Shown here: positions 35,321 through 43,812 of the stretch, in pieces
Numbering within the stretch: the first letter of the stretch is position 1
Layout of the letters: each line of letters begins with the position of its first letter
Assembly: GCA_051453625.1 (NCBI GenBank)
Contig: JBOZIK010000001.1
Coordinates: 346,883-390,694, forward strand
Length of the DNA: 43,812 nt
DNA from: Welwitschia mirabilis
Lineage: Eukaryota
Reading direction: 5' to 3'
Made by a program: the position numbers and the translations under genes
The notes under the pieces: generated by a model
Seen by the model: the letters and a program-made list of their open reading frames with translations, nothing else
What the model was told of the DNA's origin: nothing
Databases searched by the model: none

Positions 35321-36676
35321 TTGATGAATAGTGATAAAAGGACCCTTAGAGAAATTCTTTCTAAAAGGAGGAAAAACTTGAAGATTTCTGAGGAACATGG
35401 TAAAAAAACACTTCGAGAAATTTTTGCAGAAAAAGGGAGGACAACACCAAATGTTGTTGAGATTAGGAATTCAGCTCCTTCCTCTTTTCAACCCCCTAAT
35501 TTTTCCTACTTTTTTAAGACTTCATATAGAAATGACAACAAAGATTTTCAAATTTCAGGGATTCCACCTCATTTAGAGAAGCATTGTATAATCGTTTTAG
35601 CAAATTCAGTCCATGTCCCATTAATTACTATGAAGAAGAAGAGCCATATCTCATGAATTACTATGAAAAAGACAATGACTCAATAAAAGAAATGAGGGAA
35701 GGGATGAAGAAGATGCGAGAAAATTTAGAAAATCAAAATAAGAAACTAGAAAATCTGATTAGGATTTTCAACAAACAATGTTACAAAATCAAGGTTTGTT
35801 TTACAACACAAAATCGTATTACATCCTACCTTGAGAAAAATGAGAAAGAACTTACGAACAAGTGACAACGATTCTTGCTTTCAAATAGAAGATGAGATTT
35901 TGGATCAAACTTCAATATCCCACTCATTAGGAGATGTCCAAAAGGAAGACAACAATGACTCAACTCAATTTTTCAACAATAAGGATCGGGATGATTATTT
36001 ATTGGATGATGATATTAAAACACTAGATTATATCATTGAAATCCATTTACTGCTAGAAAATATAGATGGAATAGAAGAATCATTTCATAAGGAATCTGAA
36101 AATTTTTCCATCTATGATGAAGGTGATACGCACATTTCTCTTAATGACCTTTTTGATGAATCTAACAACTTGGAGAATGAGAGCAATACTCAACAAGAAA
36201 AGGAAGGTATAGTTAAAAACAATGACAAGGAAAGTGGAAAAGCAATCCAACAAAGTAATGATGAAGACAATAATGAAGAAAAGGAATATAGTAAAGAACC
36301 TGTAAAGATACAATCAAACTTCAGAGAGGATAGACTTGTTCATTCTACCCATGTTTCTCCATCCCTTCCACCTATGCTTTCATGTAAGACTCTAAATCAC
36401 ATCCTTTCTTCTACTTCTACTTCCATATTACCTTGTGATCTTATAATAGTAATCTTTCTCCATTTTTTCCTTTTGAACCTTCATGTAATTCTCAAAGCCA
36501 CATCGTTTTTTTTGACTTTAATGAAGCCTAGGATTTTGAAGAGTCTATTCTTAATATCTCTCCATCTTTTCCTTTTAAAACTCCATGTGATACTCAAAGT
36601 AACATCCTTCCCTTTTCTACCAAGTCCACTTTACCTTGTGATTTTAATGATTACATTTTTTAAAAGTATGACTTGA
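35321..36676 (+). pseudogene. Frameshifted ORF in the gag position of the LTR element (basic N-terminus, coiled-coil-like part, acidic region)
   Basis: Three overlapping ORFs (35321-35656, 35584-35865, 35831-36676) appear to form one broken frame with repeated (R/K)TLREI. No canonical capsid or knuckle motif seen. Confidence 0.45.
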
Positions 36677-39600
36677 AATATCTTAGAGTTTTAAATTAGA
36701 GTAAATCTTATCTTATTAATCCAAATCCATGCTTAGAATTAAATGTTAAGATCTTCTTAATTATGTTAAATGTATCTCAATCACTCATCCTAAGAAGTTT
36801 CTTACAAAGCCTTAAATCCCAAATACTACCTTTAATGTCTTCCATGTTTAATATCAAGCTTTGAATGAAATATATGTTTCAACTCCTTTAAATCATAAGT
36901 TTAATAAGAGATTGTTTGTTCATGAGTTATATGAAATTTTTATCTCTTATATTACTACTAAAACTTATGGAGATAAAATGTGATGTGGTCATGCTAATTG
37001 AAAAAAGGCTTATTTTCTTATTGAAAATCCACATCTTGAGTTGAATGATAGAAAGCTTTTTAATTTTACTAGACATTCTAAAGAGCCTTCAAAATATTCT
37101 GGATCTATTTTTTGAGTTATGTCTTACATGCATTTTATAATGATACTTATAATTTATAATGTTTTAATAAGAGATTATTTATTAATGACATGTATCACTT
37201 CTTTATCTCTCATTTAAATTTTGAAATTTATGCTATCAGAGTTTTATTATTTTACTCTCTCTTCCTCAAATTGATTTTACTAAAAAATGATTATATACCT
37301 TTTATGTTTTATCAGTTGGTAAATATTTGATTTGGTTCTTAATTTTTTGTAAGAATGAAATATCTTATGACTATAGCCTTAGAACAATCTTTCTTTTTCT
37401 TTCTTTTCAATAAAAGTGTTGAATAGATTTTAGGATTTGAATAAAATTTTTTTTTAGTTTACTTTGGTATTTCCTTTTTACTCTTATATTTTTATGACTT
37501 TGACTTTGATTTTTGTTTTAAGCAATAAATTAATCTTAAAATGGTTAGGTTATTACCTTATTAAGAAAGTACATTTTAATGGANNNNNNNNNNNNNNNNN
37601 NNNNNNNNNNNNNNNNNNNNNNNNNNNNNNNNNNNNNNNNNNNNNNNNNNNNNNNNNNNNNNNNNNNNNNNNNNNNNNNNNNNTTTTGTAATGATACTCA
37701 TGATTTACGATGATTCAATAAGAGATTATTTGTTAATGAAATTTATCACTTCTTCATCTTTTATTTGGATTCTGAAATTTGTGCTATCAAAGTTTTATCC
37801 TTTTACTCTCTTTTCCTCTAATCGATTTTAGTCCAAAATGATTGTATACCTTTTATGTTTTATCATTGGTTTCTATTTGATTTGACCATTACTTTTCTGA
37901 AAACATACAATACCCAAGTGCATCTTTTACACAACAAGTTAACCTCTAAATGACTAGGTCCTATCCTTTAAAAAAAGTATATTCTAATGGCTCAGTTAAA
38001 ATCTCCAATCCAAACACTTGGGAAATTTAGAAGTTAACAAAGAAAGGTTGAAAATCTATGAATCACCTATTGATCAAACCTTGAATCCGATAGAAGCACT
38101 TGTCTTGGAAGTTCTCTTGCCATTGTCTAAATTCTTTCTTAGCCTATTCCTTTGGTGGACGTCATGTTATCACTTGAACATCTTTAACTTGATCAATGTA
38201 TTACTTTATGAAGTTACCATGACTAGTAATCTTTTACCTGGGCATTTCACAGTGATAAGATCGGGTTTACTTATCTTAAGAAATTCGTATGTCTATGAAC
38301 TTCATTTTGATGGAAGATGCCTTGATTCTTGTGTTCTCTCTTCATGGTGTGAATCTTTAGTTGTTTAAATATGTCTTCCGTTGTTTCTCATCTGATTACT
38401 TCACCCTTGTCTTTAAGAGTACTTGGTCATGTGGAATTTACTTGCTTCACTTAGAGAAAAAAAGGAAAAAAAAGGGAAAAGAAGAAGAGAAAAGAAGGAA
38501 AAAAGAAGAAGAAGAAGAGAAAAGAAGGAAAAAAGAAGAAGAAGAAGAAAAGAAATAAATAATGACCATGATCTTTTGTATCTGAGCTAAAAACATGATT
38601 ACCATNNNNNNNNNNNNNNNNNNNNNNNNNNNNNNNNNNNNNNNNNNNNNNNNNNNNNNNNNNNNNNNNNNNNNNNNNNNNNNNNNNNNNNNNNNNNNNN
38701 NNNNNNNNNNNNNNNNNNNNNNNNNNNNNNNNNNNNNNNNNNNNNNNNNNNNNNNNNNNNNNNNNNNNNNNNNNNNNNNNNNNNNNNNNNNNNNNNNNNN
38801 NNNNNNNNNNNNNNNNNNNNNNNNNNNNNNNNNNNNNNNNNNNNNNNNNNNNNNNNNNNNNNNNNNNNNNNNNNNNNNNNNNNNNNNNNNNNNNNNNNNN
38901 NNNNNNNNNNNNNNNNNNNNNNNNNNNNNNNNNNNNNNNNNNNNNNNNNNNNNNNNNNNNNNNNNNNNNNNNNNNNNNNNNNNNNNNNNNNNNNNNNNNN
39001 NNNNNNNNNNNNNNNNNNNNNNNNNNNNNNNNNNNNNNNNNNNNNNNNNNNNNNNNNNNNNNNNNNNNNNNNNNNNNNNNNNNNNNNNNNNNNNNNNNNN
39101 NNNNNNNNNNNNNNNNNNNNNNNNNNNNNNNNNNNNNNNNNNNNNNNNNNNNNNNNNNNNNNNNNNNNNNNNNNNNNNNNNNNNNNNNNNNNNNNNNNNN
39201 NNNNNNNNNNNNNNNNNNNNNNNNNNNNNNNNNNNNNNNNNNNNNNNNNNNNNNNNNNNNNNNNNNNNNNNNNNNNNNNNNNNNNNNNNNNNNNNNNNNN
39301 NNNNNNNNNNNNNNNNNTGTGAGTCTTTAGTTGTTTAAGTATGTCCTCCCTTGTTTCTCATCTCATTACTTCACCCTTGTCCTTAAGAGTACATGGTCAT
39401 ATGGGATTTACTTCTATTATTAAAAAAAGGGGAAAAAAGAAAGAAAGAAAAAGAAAAAAAATAAATAACGTCCATGATCTTTTGTATCTAAGCTAAAAAC
39501 ATAGTCACCATGATGCCCTACCACACCAAGGTAGATTTCCCGATAGGGACATTTGGCAATGTTGGTAGCTATGGGAATTCCACTAGGGGGTTAGTTGGCC

Positions 39601-41339
39601 AGGCTTCATGGGTCATTACTTCTCCGACAGTGGTTGCACTTCCCTCATCATGGAAATAATTATCACTTAGAGGTTGTGGGATCAGTGATGTCCCTGGTGT
39701 CATCAGAGGCATTGCTTATTTCTTAGATTCATTGTACATATAGTACTTCCACATGATCATTTCACTATTTAGGATTCTGGTATGTTTTGGAGTGGAAGTA
39801 GGTGAGTCCATCTTTGAGCAACTTTTGATCTTATCATTCACTGAGTCAGAACATCAGATATACGTGGCATCGGCATAATCACTGTCTTTTTAAATGGTAT
39901 TTTATAAAGTTTTTACATCATGTCATGCATCACTAATCAGGTGATTTTATGATTTCTACCAAGGGACTTTGCTAAGTTAGACTTTAGGGTAGGTAAACAA
40001 TCTTCTTCATATTCCTAATTGTCCGTTGTCACTTTTTGTTTTTCTCACTCATTTTGTTTGGTATTTCAAAGTCATTTCGGTACTTTTTCAACACAATATT
40101 TAAGACTTGATCATTCAATAGTTTTCTTGTTGTCTTTTTGTTTTCACTTACGGTTTTATCCATAGGGGTTGACTTTCTTTTAGCACTTTGACAGATGACA
40201 TTTCTTTCATTCATGATGATACTTTTTCCATTTCTTTTTGAGTTTCGGCACATCCACTTGCTACTCGTGCATAATTTTGAGTTCGGGCATATTTGAGGAT
40301 TTTTTTTTTTAGCATCGCTTCTCTTTACTTGGTGCATTATCATTGTCCTATCCTGTAGCCCTTTTCTCTTACCTTGAGTTCTTTCCACTTTTGTCTCTTT
40401 TACCATGATCCTTTTAATGACAATTCCTAGCTTTTACCTATCTCTTGGACTTCTTGATGACTTTCTGAGGCCTCACTATTGCTATAATTGATTATCTAAC
40501 TCTACCTGGACTTCACTGTTTTGCCAAATCTTTCTTTTCTGATCATCGTCCCACGTCTGTCATCTAGACACCGATCTGGATGATAATAGCTCCTCCTTAT
40601 TTTATTGCGATACTAGATGTATTGATTCACCTGTGGTTGGGGGGGGTGTGGGGACATATTTCTAGGATATTTTGAGATATTGAGCAAAAATTTTAATTAT
40701 GAGGGTCATTTTGAGCTTTCACAATACAGATATATAATGCACTGGTCCGGTTATGATTTCATATTATTTGTATGATATGCATTATAGACCTTGTTTAGTG
40801 GGCCAGTCGCAGGACCTTCTTGCAGGTGTGATCTAGGAGATTTAGAAAACCATGGACAAGGGAAGTAATATTATGATTATTTTTGATGTATTTACCCCTT
40901 GTAGATTGCACTTACAACTCACTGATTGATTTATATACATTATTTTGAGTTATCATTGCTTTCATTATTCATATACATCATCATTTTCCGAGTTATCATG
41001 GTTATATCTTATGAAGATTTTTGTGTATGATATTCAATTTTTATCTTGTGATGTGTTAAACGTTTTAGGTGGGAGACTAACGAAGATTTCAGTATCACAG
41101 ACACTTAACTTTCATTCTGATTTATTGAGCATGTCGTCCCCATAGTCGTCTAGACGACACATAGGACAACAGACCTATTGCACATCTTGCGAAGGTAATA
41201 CGTTCGTTCATCAGTTTTTCATATTTGATCCTACATGGTAAAGATTTTTGAACTCAATTTATGTTTCTCTAGTTATTGTTTATCTTAGTCAATTTGGCTC
41301 ACAAGTTGTAGTTGATCGCTTACTTTGTCAAGGACTAAC

Positions 41340-41354
41340 AAGGCTAAGTGGGGG
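41340..41354 (+). promoter_or_regulatory. Polypurine-tract region before the 3' LTR
   Basis: AAGGCTAAGTGGGGG within GGACTAACAAGGCTAAGTGGGGGTACTA directly before the 3' LTR, an Athila-type junction. Confidence 0.7.
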
Positions 41355-41359
41355 TACTA

Positions 41360-42610
41360 TATTGTGATGCCAAATTGTATGTATTAGATGGGATATTTTG
41401 AGTACTTTTGTAGGACATTTAGACAGGCTTAGATAGAGTTCTGATGATTATGAAGAGTTGATAGGATGATCACGGAAACATGCAAATCTTGATGTATCAG
41501 GAGGCATTTCAGACAGATTTTGACACTTAGCATTTTGAGGAGAAGAGCAATGATGCAAGAGGCTGATTTCTCTTAGCTGGAAAGCTTAGGAACCTTGTCC
41601 CTCCCTCAGTTTGTTCAGACAATAGCTAGAATGACAATGATGCTTACATGGATTAAGGTTGCGGTGTTGACTGTCGGGCTGGAAGCTAATGAATCATCTC
41701 TTATTACAGAGTATCGTCCTTAGAGTTGTCCTTAGAGTTGTTCAAATGACAGTCAGGACGACAATTATTTTATCTGAACAAAGCGAATTATTTTATTTGA
41801 ACAAAGCGAATCATCTGAACAAAGCGAATCATCTGAATAAAGCGAATTATCTTCAATGTAAAACTATAAATACTCCCTTGTCCTTACTCCCAAAACCATT
41901 TTTTGTCCTAAAAAGTCTTGTGACGAAAGATTGAAGGGTAGAAGGTCCATCCATAGCAATAGAGAGAAGTCCTCTTTAGTGTTGGGCTGTGTATCTTCCA
42001 TTGAGGTGTTGCTGCTTTGTAAGTGAATGCTTGATTCTTTCAAGATTAATACAAAGATTGCTTTACTTCTTTTATGTGCATCTCTCTTATGGTTTATGTT
42101 GGTTATGATTTCGTGACAATTTCATAGTTGATCTAGATCATAAGGACACCCTTTGTTAAGGTTGACACTGTTAGTTTAGATCTTGCATTTCATTTCATAT
42201 TGCATTCCCATAGTTGCATTTATCTATGTTCTGTCTGATGTATCTTATAGTTTATGTTGGTTAGGTTCAAGTGACAGATTTCCTAATTGACTAAGTTACA
42301 AGGGTTGATCTTGGTGATAGAAAGATTGGTAGTCAAATAGATTCATTATTTGCATTTCATTTATAAGCATTGCATTATCATTCATCTTGCATTGTATTCC
42401 TGTATGGTTTTCCATTTTCATTTACTTAAAGGAAAAAAGACTAAAAATACTTTGTCAAAAGGAATTCTCTAACTTCCAGCCCAGTGCTTTCAATAGATTA
42501 CAACATTCGGGTTAACTCTCATCTATACTAGTGTGTGTTTTTCTGCAAGCATTTGTGCTTGACAGGAATTGCTTAAGGACTTAAAGATTTCATAAATTTG
42601 GACCACAACA
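41360..42610 (+). repeat. 3' LTR (1251 bp)
   Basis: TATTGTGATG...CACAACA, homologous to 33465-34707 and followed by TSD AGAAG. Confidence 0.92.
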
Positions 42611-43812
42611 AGAAGTTAATAGAAAATGGCTGCATTGAACTTGTCTTTCATATCGTTGAGATTGCATTAAGTTTGTTTCCACAATTTTATGAAATATTTC
42701 TATATTCTAAAGGGTTTTGAAATGCTTCATTCTGGTGCTGAAAAGAGCCATCTAATGGAGAGCTTTCAATTTGTTATGGTTGCAAGCTAGCTTTTCTCTA
42801 ACATGATTTGACTAGTTTGGTTAGTTTGGACAGGGATGCTTAAGTCTTGTCATTGTTTCAGTTGGAGGTAACATGACAACAAGATGTTGTGCAACATTCG
42901 AGGTGATCTAATAACACCTTTAGATATTAGAGATTACATGGGTGCAGAGTATTCCAAATTGGGATTAGCACAAAAATTGGCAGCCTTAAAAATCCAAATT
43001 GGCACAAAAAATCATCATATAAATTAGAATAAATCAACACAAAAATCCACAATTCATGTAAATTCTTTAACAAATAGGTAAATGGTTTCCCCTATAAACA
43101 AGACCAAGTGGAGAGGATTCCACACATTAAAAAACACATAGGATTCTACACATTGGAAAACATATGGGACACATACTAGATCTATTATGCCATTACTCTA
43201 AAACATAGGTTCTTAGTTTTATGTCAAGATTTACATGTGCGTCTTCATTCTAATTCTTTGTTAGACTAAGAAAACATGTAACAATTAAAACATTCATGTA
43301 TTATACATTAAGATTTAAGATAATAATATTAGTAATATGAATGGTTATTTTGAATGTTTCGAAATTCTAACTATCATAGTCCAATTATGCAAAAAGCAGG
43401 TAAAGTGCATTGAAATCTAATCATACATTAGTTGTTCTTACCAAGCATATAAAATGAAAACCAAAAAAGTGTGTGTGGTATTCTAGCATGCGTAAGTAAA
43501 TAAGAAGCAACAACTATCAAGTATTAACAATAATATATGATGGCCCTGCTAGGCCACTACTGGACTAATGCTAGTCTCCTTTAGAGGTTTTTCCACGTAA
43601 TGCTTTGATGTAGATGCTCTTTTTAGGATGACATCTTTTGATTTGAGAGGATATTCCTAAAGGTCCAACATCATCATCATGTATCAGATCTCTTCTTTCT
43701 TGTACTAAGTCCTCAACCACTTAATGCTCATGCTTCATCTTCCTCTCAATATCGAATACTCTGACTGACTCCTCAGGATGCTTACCCTACTGCTTTATTT
43801 GAATATCATCCT

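Larger units (their letters stand above)
33465..42610 (+). mobile_element. Full-length non-autonomous Athila-like LTR retrotransposon (LARD-like), ~9.1 kb including gaps
   Basis: Termini TGTTGTG...CACAACA. Exact 5-bp TSD AGAAG (33460-33464 and 42611-42615). Paired LTRs, Asp-type PBS and PPT present. No protease, RT, RNaseH or INT motifs recognised in the sequenced interior. Confidence 0.92.

Noticed and set aside
42900-43812. Acidic minus-strand coding-like tail, possibly the end of a DNA transposon
   Set aside because: No diagnostic motif or terminal repeat identified, and it is truncated by the window edge.

Overview
AT-rich plant nuclear DNA from a draft scaffold with several N gaps, dominated by decayed, nested transposons. 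From left to right: (1) a minus-strand Ty1/copia element of Sirevirus/SIRE type (1-7056, 3' end outside the window) inserted into the 3' LTR of (2) a minus-strand Athila-like Ty3/gypsy element (7057-14565) that retains only gag and protease remnants and itself interrupts an older plus-strand LTR of the same family; (3) a second plus-strand LTR of that family (15492-~26839) split by a ~10 kb CACTA element (15999-25975) with no recognisable transposase but carrying an intron-containing, three-exon importin-alpha fragment, other unidentified cargo and a small SINE (Pack-CACTA-like); (4) a (GT)n microsatellite and heavily decayed hAT and copia remnants; (5) exon 1 of an unrecognised, probably plastid-targeted membrane protein gene (31403-31676) whose apparent intron runs to the window end and holds a ~240-bp tandem duplication and a full-length 9.1 kb non-autonomous Athila-like LTR element (33465-42610, exact AGAAG target-site duplication). 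The most notable item is the gene-capturing CACTA element. I found no intact novel multi-gene system. All alignments were done by eye.
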